The position numbers and the translations under genes are program-made. Below the pieces are notes generated by a model. The model saw nothing but the letters and a program-made list of their open reading frames with translations. It was not told where the DNA came from and did no database searches. This document shows, one piece after another, positions 1-9,603 of a stretch of 45,500 bases of DNA (position 1 is its first letter; every line of letters starts with the position of its first letter). Source of the stretch: Myxococcota bacterium (GTDB lineage: Bacteria; Myxococcota_A; Polyangia; Nannocystales; Nannocystaceae); contig JBCCHT010000065.1 of assembly GCA_039028615.1 (NCBI GenBank), forward strand, positions 1-45,500. The letters are read 5' to 3'.

Positions 1-90
1 CTGCCGAGCCCCTCCAGCGAATGAACTGCAACCCGACTCCGGTCAACAACACATCACTGTCTGAGCCATGAAGTTGTAGCCGAACTGCGG

Positions 91-189
91 TCAAACAAAT
101 CGTGCTGCATTACCATACTCTTCAGTCTTCTTCGCGGCCGTCTTCTTCTTTGCGGCCGTCTTCTTCTTCGTCTGCTTCTTCGCCGCCAT
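91..189 (-). pseudogene. Short Lys/Ala-rich (histone H1-like) ORF, possibly truncated by an insertion
   Basis: ATG at 189 gives MAAKKQTKKKTAAKKKTAAKKT, then an abrupt switch to EEYGNAARFV* in A/T-rich codons at about 125. Confidence 0.4.
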
Positions 190-369
190 CGTGTGATTCG
201 ACGGTGCCGCGCGCGTGAAGCGAATGCAAGCGCGAGGGCGGGACGGGTTGGCCGGCAAACGGGCGCTGTGGCCAGTCATGCCTCGGTCGCGACCACCGAC
301 GCGAGCAGCGGCGGCCCGTCCGACGCTCGTCGGTCACGGTGTCCACCAATCCCGCCCGGAGGCTCTTTG

Positions 370-1158
370 ATGCTGTGGAACGACTGGCGCAACTACTTTG
401 CTCGACGAAGCACCCGGCCGCGGCCGCGGATCGAAGACACCATCGAGATCCCGCCGCGATGGCGCCCCGACTTGGCCCGGACGATGGCCCGCCTCCAGCT
501 CGCCGAGACGGGTGAGGGCCGGATCGTGGCCGATCTCCGCCGTAGAGCCGAGGACTGGCAGCTGTGCCCCGAACTCCTGGAATCGCTGCAGAGCTTCGTC
601 GCCGAAGAAGGCCGGCACGCGGCGATCCTCGGCGACGCGGTCCGGGCTCTCGGCGGACGCCCCATTCGACGCTCATGGGCCGCGACGGCGTTCTCTCGTA
701 CCCGACGACTGATGGGCCCTCGACTCGAGCTCATGACCCTGCTCGCCGCGGAGGTCGGCGCCCAGGCGATGTACGGCACGCTGGTCGAGCCCCTCCCCCA
801 CGGGCCGCTGCGCTTCGCCCTGGAGCAGATCGCAGCCGACGAGGCGATTCACCTGCGCTTCCATGCGGCGTTGTTCGGCTCGGTGCGTCCGCTGGCGGAC
901 CACCGACGCACCCTGCTGGCCGTATGGACCGCGCTGGCCGTGGCCGCGGGAGTGACCCTCGCCCTCGACCACGGCCGAACGCTGCGGCGGCTCGGGCTTC
1001 GCCGGGCCAGGGTCGTCCGTCGCACGCTGGAGTCGATCGTGGCGATGGCCGACTCGATCGACACCGCCCATCGCTGCGGCCACGCCCGGACCCGGGCGTT
1101 CGAGTCGTTCCACGGACCACCGCCGCGCCGCTTCGCTCCCACGGCGCCCCCGGGATGA
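370..1158 (+). CDS. Ferritin-like domain protein
   Basis: Two ExxH di-iron motifs (EEGRH, DEAIH) with upstream Glu ligands (LAETGEG, LAAEV); start taken at MLWNDW within the 193..1158 ORF. Confidence 0.75.
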   Translation: MLWNDWRNYFARRSTRPRPRIEDTIEIPPRWRPDLARTMARLQLAETGEGRIVADLRRRAEDWQLCPELLESLQSFVAEEGRHAAILGDAVRALGGRPIRRSWAATAFSRTRRLMGPRLELMTLLAAEVGAQAMYGTLVEPLPHGPLRFALEQIAADEAIHLRFHAALFGSVRPLADHRRTLLAVWTALAVAAGVTLALDHGRTLRRLGLRRARVVRRTLESIVAMADSIDTAHRCGHARTRAFESFHGPPPRRFAPTAPPG

Positions 1159-1168
1159 GGGCGCCCGA

Positions 1169-2170
1169 TCAGCCTTCGGCGATCAGCGCCTCGATGGCGC
1201 GACGCGTGTGCACGCGCAGCATCTGCCGCCGATACGGCGCCTCGTAGGGCACGTTCTCGAGCGGCTTGCACTGCTTGTGAACCCGCTCGGCCACGGTGTT
1301 GGCGAAGTTCGGCGCCGACAGAGCGGTACCGATGACCTCGTCGAGCCGGGTGATCTTGCGCGGCTTGGACCCCAGCACGCCGACCACGACATGGGCCCCG
1401 GTCACGGGGGCGTCGACGCGGTCCTCTTCGAGGTCGAAGCGCAGCGCGATGCTCACCAAGGGGAAGTCGATGCTGCCGCGCACGGTCCACTTGGCGTAGT
1501 GGCTACGCCGCGGCGCGGTGGGCAGCGGCACGATGATCTCGGTGCTGAGTTCGTCGTCGGCCCGGGTGGTGTGCCGAGTGCCGTCGGACTTGTAGTAGCT
1601 GGCCAGGGGCACCTCGCGACGCCCCCCGGGGCCGACCAGGGCCACGGACGCGTCGAGCGAGACGAGGACGGGCACGCAGTCGCTGCTCATCGCGGCCACG
1701 CAGACGCGACCGCCGGGCACCACATGGCACACGTCGCCCTCGCTCTTGAGGCAGCCGCCACCGATCGCCTCGCGCCAGAAGCCGGTCTGGTTGACGTAGC
1801 GGCAGCGCGTGTCGAGGTTGATGTTGCCGCCCAGGGTGCCCATGTTGCGGATGAGCGGGCTGGCCACGATGCCGGCCGCCTGGGCCAAGCTGGGGAAGTG
1901 CTCGAGCACGGCCGGGTGCTCGGCCACCGCGGTGAGCGTGACCCGGGCCCCGATGCGCATGACCCCGGCTTTTTCGTCGACCTCCACGCCTTGCATCCCG
2001 CCGACCTGGCTGAGGCTGACGAGCACGGGCGGTTGCTCGAGGTGATGCTTGAGGTTGGGCAGCAAGTCGGTGCCCCCCGCGACGATGCGCGCCCCCGGGG
2101 TCGATAGGGCGTCGACCGCCTCCTCGACCGTCTGAGGGGTCTGCACCGCGAATTTCGGCATGCGAAGCAT
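1169..2170 (-). CDS. hcrB: FAD-binding subunit, xanthine dehydrogenase family; 4-hydroxybenzoyl-CoA reductase beta-like with [4Fe-4S] insert
   Basis: AGGTDL and IRNMGTLGGN FAD motifs; Cys insert DTRCRYVNQ..GCLK..VCHV..VCVA; start overlaps the upstream stop (TAATG). Confidence 0.8.
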   Translation of the reverse strand: MLRMPKFAVQTPQTVEEAVDALSTPGARIVAGGTDLLPNLKHHLEQPPVLVSLSQVGGMQGVEVDEKAGVMRIGARVTLTAVAEHPAVLEHFPSLAQAAGIVASPLIRNMGTLGGNINLDTRCRYVNQTGFWREAIGGGCLKSEGDVCHVVPGGRVCVAAMSSDCVPVLVSLDASVALVGPGGRREVPLASYYKSDGTRHTTRADDELSTEIIVPLPTAPRRSHYAKWTVRGSIDFPLVSIALRFDLEEDRVDAPVTGAHVVVGVLGSKPRKITRLDEVIGTALSAPNFANTVAERVHKQCKPLENVPYEAPYRRQMLRVHTRRAIEALIAEG

Positions 2171-4569
2171 TAGGCGATCCTCCGGGCGGAGCCCTTGTGC
2201 GGGGCGATTTCACCGGCGGCCTCACGGGCGCGTCGCTGCTCGAGCGCGGCAAGAACCTTGGGCGGCGTGAAGGGCAGCTCGTCCATGCGAACGCCCACCG
2301 CGTCGTAGATGGCGTTGGCGATGGCCGGGATGGAGGGATGCAGCGGCCCCTCCCCGGCCTCCTTGGCGCCGTAGGGCCCTTGTTCGTCGGGCGCCTCGAC
2401 GATGAGCGCCCGAAGCTCGGGCGTGTCGAGGAAGGTGGGAATGCGGTAGTCGAGCAGGCTGGGCGCGGGGTGAACCCCACGATGCTGCGGATCGACGATG
2501 TGCTGCTCCATCAGGGCCTCGGCGAAGCCCATATAGGCCGAGCCCTCCATCTGCCCCTCGACGATGCGGCGGGACAGAGCACGACCGCAGTCGTGGGCGA
2601 CCCAGATGGTCTTGACGTCGACGACGCCCGTCTCCTCGTCGACCTCGACCTCGGCCACGTGGGCGGTGAAGCTGTAGGCCGGCGACGCGCCGATGGTGCC
2701 GCCGCGATAGTCACCGTGGCGATCCTTGGGCGTGTTGTACGAGCCGACCTCGCCCAGCAAGCCGTGGTCTTCCTCGGCCATCTGAAAGGCCTCGGCGATG
2801 TCGATGTGCCGATCGGGATCCTCGATGTCGATCGCCTTGCGCTGCGCGAGCGTGACCCGACGCGCGGACACCTCCCAGCGCTTGGCCACCGACTGCCGCA
2901 CCTTCTTGCGCAGGGCCTGCGCGGCCTGCATGCAGGCGTTGCCCACCATCAAGGTGATGCGCGAGCTGTAGGCGCCGAGGTCGACGGGGCACAGGTCGGT
3001 GTCGGCCGACAGCACCCGGATGTCCTCGAGCGGCAGGCCCAGCTCCTCGCCGACGATGACCGCCAGCATGGTGTTGGACCCCTGCCCGATGTCGTTGGCC
3101 CCCGAGAACACGCGAGCCCGGCCGCTGCGGTCGAGGCAGACCTGCACCGCCGCCTGGGGCATGTCGTTGGGGTAGATGGGGTAGTTGGTGCCCGAGATGT
3201 ACGTGCTGCCCGCGACGCCGAGGCCTCGACCGAAGGGCAAGGTGCCGCGGCGGTCCTTCCAGTCGCTCGACTCCTCGACGCGGCGCAGGCACTCGAGGAA
3301 GCCGTTGGAGCCGATCTGGAAGTCGTTGACCGTCTTGGCCCCGTCGCCCATGTCGTTGCGGCGACGCAGCTCGATGGGGTCGAGCCCGAGCTCGACCGCG
3401 GCCTTGTCGAGCTGCACCTCGATGGCGAAGCGCGGCTGCACGCTGCCGTGGCCGCGTTTGGGGCCGCAGGCGGGCTTGTTGGTGTAGGCGCGGCGGGAGT
3501 GGAAGCGATACGCCCCGAACTCGTAGGGCGAGCACAAAAGCTGCCCCGAGTAGTAGGTGGTGACGAGGCCGAAGCTCGAGTAGGCGCCGCCGTCGAGCAC
3601 GGTGCGGGCGTCGACCGCCTTGATCTTGCCCGTCTTGTCGAACCCGGTGCGGTACTTCATCCGCATGGGGTGACGGCCGCGGTGCGAGTAGAACACCTCT
3701 TCGCGGGTGTAGAGGATCTTGACCGGTCGCCCCGTCTTGTAGGCCAGCTTGGCCACGCAAAACTCGAGGTCGAAGGGCTCGCTCTTGCCTCCGAAGGCGC
3801 CGCCTAGCGGCGGCTGGATGACCCGGATGCGATGGGCGGGGATCTCGAGGACCTTGGCCAGCTCGCGGTGCAGGTAGTGCGAGACCTGGGTGGCGGACCA
3901 GACGGTGAGCAGGCCGTCGTCGCCCCCCGAGCCGCCCCGCTCGACGAACGCCACCGCGCAGTGCGGCTCGATGGCGGCGTGGGTCGTGCCCTCGAAGAAG
4001 TACTCCCCCTCGACCACCAGGTCGGCGCCCTCGATGCCGCCCTCGACGTCACCGAACTCGAGCAGGACCTTCTTGCTGAGGTTGCCCTTGCGCGAGTACG
4101 GGTTGATCTGGACGTCGGAGGCGAGCGACTCCTCGGGGTCGAAGAGCGCGGGTAGGACTTCGTACTCGATGTCGATGGCCGCGAGCGCCTCGTTGGCGGT
4201 GTCCTCGTCGATGGCCGCCACCGCCGCCACGCCGTCGCCCACGTGCAGCGCCTTGTCCACCGCCAGCGCGTTCTCGTCGGGTGTCCAGGGGATGATGCCG
4301 TAGGGGATCTTGAAATCCTGGCCGGTCACCACCCCGAACACGCCCTCCATGGCCTCGGCCCGGCTCGTGTCGATGGAGACGATGCGGGCGTGGGCATGGG
4401 GGCTGCGCTTGATCTTCCCGTGCAGCATGCCAGGAAGCTTGATGTCGTCGGTGTAGCGGGTGATTCCCCGCATGCGCTCCATCGCGTCGACCTTGCGATG
4501 GGTGCCTCCGAGCTGCCACATCTCGCGGCTCGCGTCGTCGGTCGAATCGGAGTGCGAATCGTCGGGCAT
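2170..4569 (-). CDS. hcrA: Molybdopterin-binding large subunit, xanthine dehydrogenase family (4-hydroxybenzoyl-CoA reductase alpha-like)
   Basis: RSPHAHARI, GGAFGGK, KRGHG, DIGQG, VEGQMEG, AKEAGE motifs; start placed at MPDDS (4569) because the longer ORF overlaps the small subunit gene. Confidence 0.8.
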   Translation of the reverse strand: MPDDSHSDSTDDASREMWQLGGTHRKVDAMERMRGITRYTDDIKLPGMLHGKIKRSPHAHARIVSIDTSRAEAMEGVFGVVTGQDFKIPYGIIPWTPDENALAVDKALHVGDGVAAVAAIDEDTANEALAAIDIEYEVLPALFDPEESLASDVQINPYSRKGNLSKKVLLEFGDVEGGIEGADLVVEGEYFFEGTTHAAIEPHCAVAFVERGGSGGDDGLLTVWSATQVSHYLHRELAKVLEIPAHRIRVIQPPLGGAFGGKSEPFDLEFCVAKLAYKTGRPVKILYTREEVFYSHRGRHPMRMKYRTGFDKTGKIKAVDARTVLDGGAYSSFGLVTTYYSGQLLCSPYEFGAYRFHSRRAYTNKPACGPKRGHGSVQPRFAIEVQLDKAAVELGLDPIELRRRNDMGDGAKTVNDFQIGSNGFLECLRRVEESSDWKDRRGTLPFGRGLGVAGSTYISGTNYPIYPNDMPQAAVQVCLDRSGRARVFSGANDIGQGSNTMLAVIVGEELGLPLEDIRVLSADTDLCPVDLGAYSSRITLMVGNACMQAAQALRKKVRQSVAKRWEVSARRVTLAQRKAIDIEDPDRHIDIAEAFQMAEEDHGLLGEVGSYNTPKDRHGDYRGGTIGASPAYSFTAHVAEVEVDEETGVVDVKTIWVAHDCGRALSRRIVEGQMEGSAYMGFAEALMEQHIVDPQHRGVHPAPSLLDYRIPTFLDTPELRALIVEAPDEQGPYGAKEAGEGPLHPSIPAIANAIYDAVGVRMDELPFTPPKVLAALEQRRAREAAGEIAPHKGSARRIA

Positions 4570-4601
4570 GGGCTTGGTCTTCCGGTGGGAGGAGAGGCGC
4601 T

Positions 4602-5153
4602 CTACTCGGCGGCTTGGCTCGGCGACGATGAAGCGTCGTTGGCCGACTCGGCACCGTCCCCGGCGGCCATGCGCTCGCTGGCCTCGACGACGGCGTCGAT
4701 GATCTTGGTGTACCCGGTGCAGCGGCACAGGTTGCCGGCCAGCGCGGACCGGACCTCGCCGTTGGACACCGGGCGCCCCGTCTTGCGCACGAGGGCCTCG
4801 GCGCTCATCAAGATCCCCGGGGTACAGAACCCGCACTGGGCCGCATCCCAGCGATCGAAGGCGTCCTGCAGCGGGTGCACCCCGCCCTCGCCCTTGGCCG
4901 CGAGGCCTTCGACGGTGGTGACGTCGCGCCCGTGGGCGTGGATGGCGAGGGTCAGGCAACCGAGCTGGGGCTCACCGTCGACCTGGACGGTACAAGCGCC
5001 GCAGTCACCCTTGTCACAGCCCTGCTTGCTACCAACGAGATCGAGCTGGTACCGCAGGACTTCGAGCAGAGTGTGGTGGGGCTGCACCGCCACCTGCACC
5101 GGCTCTCCGTTGACGCGAAGGCTCAGCAAAGTCGCAGGACTCGGCGATGACAT
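4602..5153 (-). CDS. hcrC: 2x[2Fe-2S] small subunit (HcrC/CoxS-like)
   Basis: GCDKGDCGACTV..GC and QCGFCTPG..GNLCRCTGY motifs; start MSSPSP. Confidence 0.85.
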   Translation of the reverse strand: MSSPSPATLLSLRVNGEPVQVAVQPHHTLLEVLRYQLDLVGSKQGCDKGDCGACTVQVDGEPQLGCLTLAIHAHGRDVTTVEGLAAKGEGGVHPLQDAFDRWDAAQCGFCTPGILMSAEALVRKTGRPVSNGEVRSALAGNLCRCTGYTKIIDAVVEASERMAAGDGAESANDASSSPSQAAE

Positions 5154-5287
5154 GCCACTAGATTGCCGCCCCGCGTTCACCCCACGCAAGGCTCGGATCG
5201 CCTCGCCACGGCGAGCTAGCGCACCCACGGCCCGATGAGACCGCCGGTCGCCCCGTGCGAAAGCTCCGGCGGCGAGCCCACCATGCT

Positions 5288-6565
5288 ATGACTCGCAACG
5301 TGCGAGCCCTCGGTCGGGCCCCGTGGGGGCTACTGCTGCTCGCGGCGGGATGTGTGACCCACCGCGGTTCGTGGCACACCCTAGGTACGTCGGACCACCA
5401 CATCGCGCCGACCGACGCCGAGCCAGCCGTCGAGGTGGTCCTGCTGGCCAACCTGGCCCCGGAGGATCGGCGGGCGGCCAAGGTGGCGACACGGGTCGAG
5501 GAGATCCTGGCCGAAGATCGGCCGCGGGTCGTGGTGTGGCTGGGGAACGTGGCGGGGGAGCCCTTCCGCACGGTCACGCCCCGGGCGGCGCGACGAGGCC
5601 CTCGCTGCAACCCGCTGGAGTCGGCGTGGAGCACCCCGGCCGCTGCTCGGCTGGCCGCGGCCGTGCGGCGCGAGGCGCCCGAGCATGGGTTTGCCACCGT
5701 CGGAGAGCTCGACCACCGCTGTGGCTACGGCCCGCAGCTGCGGGCGAGCGAAGAGGGACCGTGGCAGATGCCGGGCACGCACTACGTGCTGCGGGTCCAT
5801 GGGGACGGCCAGGTGCGCGTGACGACCTCGTGCGGCGCAGGGGCCTGCTCGTTCGCGGCCGAGCCCACCGAGCCCCCGTCGGCCAAGCCGCTGGTGGACC
5901 TGGTGGTCGTCGACCTGTCGCCCTGGCTGCACCCGAGCGCCGATCCCCGAGCTCGTCGCGCCGATGACCTCGAAGTGCAGGCCCTCGAGGCCCTGCTGAC
6001 CGCGATCGGAGACTCGCCCGCCGAGGCCGGCCCGCCGCGATTGCTGGTCCGCAGCGTGCCCATCGAGGCGGCGGCCGAGCACGGCCTCGGCACGCTGTGG
6101 CCGGACGCGACCTTCTCCACCATGCCCCCCACCCTGCGCTCGCTGGTCGTGCGCGGGTACTTCGCGGGCGTGCTGTCGGCCCACGACCGCTCGCTGACCG
6201 CCACCGCGGACCTCTTCGAGCCCATCAAGCGCGGAGACCGGGCGTGGCTCGAGGCGCCGACCTTCCAGGTGGGCGCGGGCGCGGTGTCGGCCCCCAACAC
6301 GCGCCCCGCGATGTCGCTGCGTCGGCGACGGGTGCGGTTCAGCCAGGCCTATCGACCCGACATCGCCAGCGACCACGCCGGGTTCGCCGTGCTCACCGTG
6401 CGTCCGCACGATGCCGACGTGACGCTGCATGCCCATCGCCACGGGCACTGGGAGACGGCGTCGATGACCGTGCCCCTGCGGCCCCCGCCGCACGCCATGC
6501 GAACGCCCTCGCCTCCGATGGGCCCCTGCCGCGACTGCCCCCAGATCCCGGCCAACGAGCGCTGA
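5288..6565 (+). CDS. Lipoprotein with degenerate metallophosphoesterase-like fold
   Basis: Lipobox LAAG-C; motif remnants VVWLGN, TVGELD, VLSAHDRSL, GFAVL in calcineurin-like order. Confidence 0.6.
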   Translation: MTRNVRALGRAPWGLLLLAAGCVTHRGSWHTLGTSDHHIAPTDAEPAVEVVLLANLAPEDRRAAKVATRVEEILAEDRPRVVVWLGNVAGEPFRTVTPRAARRGPRCNPLESAWSTPAAARLAAAVRREAPEHGFATVGELDHRCGYGPQLRASEEGPWQMPGTHYVLRVHGDGQVRVTTSCGAGACSFAAEPTEPPSAKPLVDLVVVDLSPWLHPSADPRARRADDLEVQALEALLTAIGDSPAEAGPPRLLVRSVPIEAAAEHGLGTLWPDATFSTMPPTLRSLVVRGYFAGVLSAHDRSLTATADLFEPIKRGDRAWLEAPTFQVGAGAVSAPNTRPAMSLRRRRVRFSQAYRPDIASDHAGFAVLTVRPHDADVTLHAHRHGHWETASMTVPLRPPPHAMRTPSPPMGPCRDCPQIPANER

Positions 6566-6633
6566 TCGCCCCAACGAACGACGGCGCCCCCACACGAGTG
6601 AGGACGCCGCAGCGTCGATTGGCCAAGCCGGAG

Positions 6634-7905
6634 CTACTCCGACACGCAATCGTTCGGGGGCATGGCGTCGATCCACGCCCGCAGCAGCGCGATGCCGTCG
6701 CCGTGCACGAGGCTACGGCCCAGCAGCGGCATCATGTTGCCCACGTTCTCCGACTCGGTGCGGAAGATGAGGATCGACTCGTCGGCGTTCCCCGGCACGA
6801 TGTCGTAGTCGAGGTTGCCCGAGTTGCCGGCCGACCCCGGTGCCTTGCAGACGCCGAGGTTGAACTCGTCTTCGTTGTCCCAGTTGAGGAACAGCTGCGA
6901 CGAGATGCCCGAGACGCCTCTCGGGTTGTGACAGTGCGCGCAGTTGACATCGAGGTAGTCCCGCGCCGCCCGAACGAGCGTCTCGGGGTCGAGCTCGTCG
7001 ACCGGGGTGTCCGCGAAGCTGCGGTCGTCCCAGGTCTGGGGGACCTCGCCGATGGGCGGCAGCCCTTGCAGCACCCCGGCCTCCGCCATGTGCTCGAGCT
7101 GGTTGTCCCCGTTGGCCCCAATGCGGTTGAGGTTGCGCGGGTTCGGGCCGATCGGGGTGATGAACGTGTCGTCGCCCTTCTCTTCCTTCAGCTCGTGGCA
7201 CTCGGCGCACTGGTTCTTCTGCGGCACCAGGTAGTTCGCCGTCTGCTCCGTGCCCTCGGGATCGACGAAGGTCACCTGCCGGGTGTCGCCCTGCACGGTG
7301 AGCACCGCGTCGCCGAGCTCGTGATCCCACACGTAGGGCAGCGCGACCCACTCGTCCGGGTAGCGGAGGAGCACGCGGGTCTCGATGAGGTCGATCGCAG
7401 ACTCGGGATCGGTGAAGTCGGCCGGGAACATGAACGACTTCACGATGATCGTGCCCACCGGGTACTCGATCACCTGGTTGTCCGGGTACGACGGCTCGGG
7501 ATAGGTCGAGGTCTCACCCGGCGGGATGAAGATGGCTCGATCCTTGAGCGCGAAGTCGGAGAACAACGACGTGTTCATGTCGTAGGGAAAGACGTTCTCC
7601 CGGTACGTGATCTGAGAGCCGTCCCAGTCGAGCAGGCCGTACTCGGACAGCAGGTCGGGTGCGTCGCCCTCGGGATCGAAGCCCTGGGGCTCGGGCTCTC
7701 CGCCGGAGCTGCTACCGCCAGTGCTGGTGTCGTCCGCCGCCTCGCTGGTGGAACCGGTGGACGTGCTCCCGGCGGTGGTGCCACCGGAGGTCGAGCTCCC
7801 GGTGGCATCGTTGCTCGGATCGGCCCCATCGCCGTCCGAGCCGCAACCCCACCCGAGCAGCCCGATGACCGCCAAGGCCGCGGTTGTCGTGCTTCGGGTG
7901 ACCAT
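6634..7905 (-). CDS. SO2930-family diheme c-type cytochrome lipoprotein
   Basis: Lipobox GWG-C, S/T linker, LFSDFALKDR, PVGTIIVKSF, IETR, two CxxCH (CAECH, CAHCH), C-terminal MPLLGRSLVH. Confidence 0.85.
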   Translation of the reverse strand: MVTRSTTTAALAVIGLLGWGCGSDGDGADPSNDATGSSTSGGTTAGSTSTGSTSEAADDTSTGGSSSGGEPEPQGFDPEGDAPDLLSEYGLLDWDGSQITYRENVFPYDMNTSLFSDFALKDRAIFIPPGETSTYPEPSYPDNQVIEYPVGTIIVKSFMFPADFTDPESAIDLIETRVLLRYPDEWVALPYVWDHELGDAVLTVQGDTRQVTFVDPEGTEQTANYLVPQKNQCAECHELKEEKGDDTFITPIGPNPRNLNRIGANGDNQLEHMAEAGVLQGLPPIGEVPQTWDDRSFADTPVDELDPETLVRAARDYLDVNCAHCHNPRGVSGISSQLFLNWDNEDEFNLGVCKAPGSAGNSGNLDYDIVPGNADESILIFRTESENVGNMMPLLGRSLVHGDGIALLRAWIDAMPPNDCVSE

Positions 7906-9462
7906 CTAGTCCATGTCGGGCGGAATGATCGGCCCCGCCTGGAACTCGCCGCAGTCGAACGGAGTGAAGGGCGCGTCGGGCCGGTACAGATCGTCGAAGG
8001 TCCCGATGATCTCGCCCGCGTCGTTCAGCAAGCCGCCGATGTTCAGGCTCGCGAAGGTGGCTCCGTCGTTGGTGTCGCCCAGGCAGATGTGGTTGTCGTT
8101 GGAGTTCATCGCCGGGTCGGCGGGGTCGAAGCTGCTCTCGCCGATGGTGCCGTAGAGCAGCGAGTCGACGGGCAGGTTGGCGCCGTAGACGAAGGCCAAC
8201 AAAAGGCCCAGCTCCTGCTCGAAGGACGACAGCGTCGGGTTGGTGCCGCTGCCCGAGTGCGTGTTGTCGTGCACCAAGACGTTGTCGGTGCGGTAGCTGT
8301 AGACCAGCTTGCCGTCGGTAGGCAGGTCGAGACCGTCGATGTCGCCCACGACCTCGCCGACCGGGATGCCCCACGACTCTTCGTTGCCCTCGATCACCAG
8401 GCCGCTGATCAGCGCGATGTCCATGGTCGCGTTGTCGGCGTAGGTGTTGTTGAAGATCTCGACCCGGCGCGAGGCCATGGCGAAGGTGCCGGTCCCGACG
8501 GGAATCGCCTGCACCGTGCCGCCGGCCGCGAAGTTGGTCCGGTTGTTGTTGATGACGACGTTGTCGTGCACCGAGATGTCACGACCGAAGATCGGGTTGC
8601 CGGGCAGGTCGAAGATGAGCAGGCCGCCCGTGTTGTCCTCGGCGTGGTTGCCGTAGACGTCGGCGAACTGGGTGTTCTCGATCTCGATGCCCGCGACGTT
8701 GCCCATCGCGATGTTGTTGCGGACGATCGCGTTCTGACACTGGCCGACGTAGATGCCGGCATCGGCGGAGTTGTAGGCCTCCGAGTCCTCGATGAGGACA
8801 TGGTTGCTGCTGACGGGGTACAGGCCGTACGCGCCGTTCTTCGAGCTGCCCTCGGTCCGCCAGGTGGCCCGGACCCGCTGGATGGTGACGAAGTCGGAGT
8901 CCTCGACGCGGAGGCCGTCCTTCTTGGCGTCCACCAGGGCCAGATCGCGCACGGTGAAGCGGTCGCCCACCGCATCGAGGCCGTTGGACTGGGCGGCCTG
9001 CGAGGCGAAGTCGAGGATGGTGCCCATCTCGAAGTTGCCCTCTTCGCCCATGCCCTGACCACATACGGTGATGTCGTCGCCGCGGATCGTGACCTGGTTG
9101 TCGAGCTCGAACACGCCCAGGCCCAGGACGAGCGCATCGCCGTCCCCCATGGTGTTGGCGGCGATCTGCAGGCCCTCTTCGTCGTCGGCCGTGACCGCGT
9201 AGCAGGTGCCGGTCTCGAATTCGTCGCAGCTGCAGTTCGGGAAGTCGGCCGAGTTGTCGCCCGTGGTGCCGGACTCCTCGCTGCCCGCGGCCGTGGTGTC
9301 GCCCGGGTCCGTGGTCTCGGCGACCGCCGTGGTCCCGGTGCCGTCGGCAGAGGTCGTGCTGCCCGAATCGGCGGCCGGAGCCGAGTCGTCACCCGGGCAG
9401 CCGGTCGTCGCCAGAACACCGAGGGTCAACAGGCTGAGAACTGAAATCTTCGCTTGTCTCAC
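7906..9462 (-). CDS. Parallel beta-helix repeat lipoprotein (usual partner of SO2930-type cytochrome)
   Basis: NGAYGLYPV, DAGIYVGQ, GNVAGIEIEN, NTGGLLIFDLP repeats; lipobox TTG-C; GTG start at 9462 inferred; stop abuts the cytochrome start. Confidence 0.85.
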   Translation of the reverse strand: MRQAKISVLSLLTLGVLATTGCPGDDSAPAADSGSTTSADGTGTTAVAETTDPGDTTAAGSEESGTTGDNSADFPNCSCDEFETGTCYAVTADDEEGLQIAANTMGDGDALVLGLGVFELDNQVTIRGDDITVCGQGMGEEGNFEMGTILDFASQAAQSNGLDAVGDRFTVRDLALVDAKKDGLRVEDSDFVTIQRVRATWRTEGSSKNGAYGLYPVSSNHVLIEDSEAYNSADAGIYVGQCQNAIVRNNIAMGNVAGIEIENTQFADVYGNHAEDNTGGLLIFDLPGNPIFGRDISVHDNVVINNNRTNFAAGGTVQAIPVGTGTFAMASRRVEIFNNTYADNATMDIALISGLVIEGNEESWGIPVGEVVGDIDGLDLPTDGKLVYSYRTDNVLVHDNTHSGSGTNPTLSSFEQELGLLLAFVYGANLPVDSLLYGTIGESSFDPADPAMNSNDNHICLGDTNDGATFASLNIGGLLNDAGEIIGTFDDLYRPDAPFTPFDCGEFQAGPIIPPDMD

Positions 9463-9603
9463 TGAGAATCCATGGCGTGTGCCCTTGGTCCAATAGGGGC
9501 ACACACGACCGGACTATACACGAATTGCTCCCATCACCGGTCCGAAGGATTCCGCCCCACACGCGCTGCGAGTTCCCCGCACGCGCGCCGCTCGCGGCCG
9601 CGC

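Noticed and set aside
4570..4959. N-terminal extension of the 929-aa molybdoprotein ORF
   Set aside because: Overlaps the [2Fe-2S] subunit gene in another frame and is Arg-rich noise; start moved to 4569
6097..9444. 1115-aa plus-strand ORF and similar long ORFs (2197..3807, 13517..15592, 22912..25020, 33716..35854)
   Set aside because: Antisense shadows of well-supported genes; R/G/V/A-rich with no motifs, as expected in high-GC DNA
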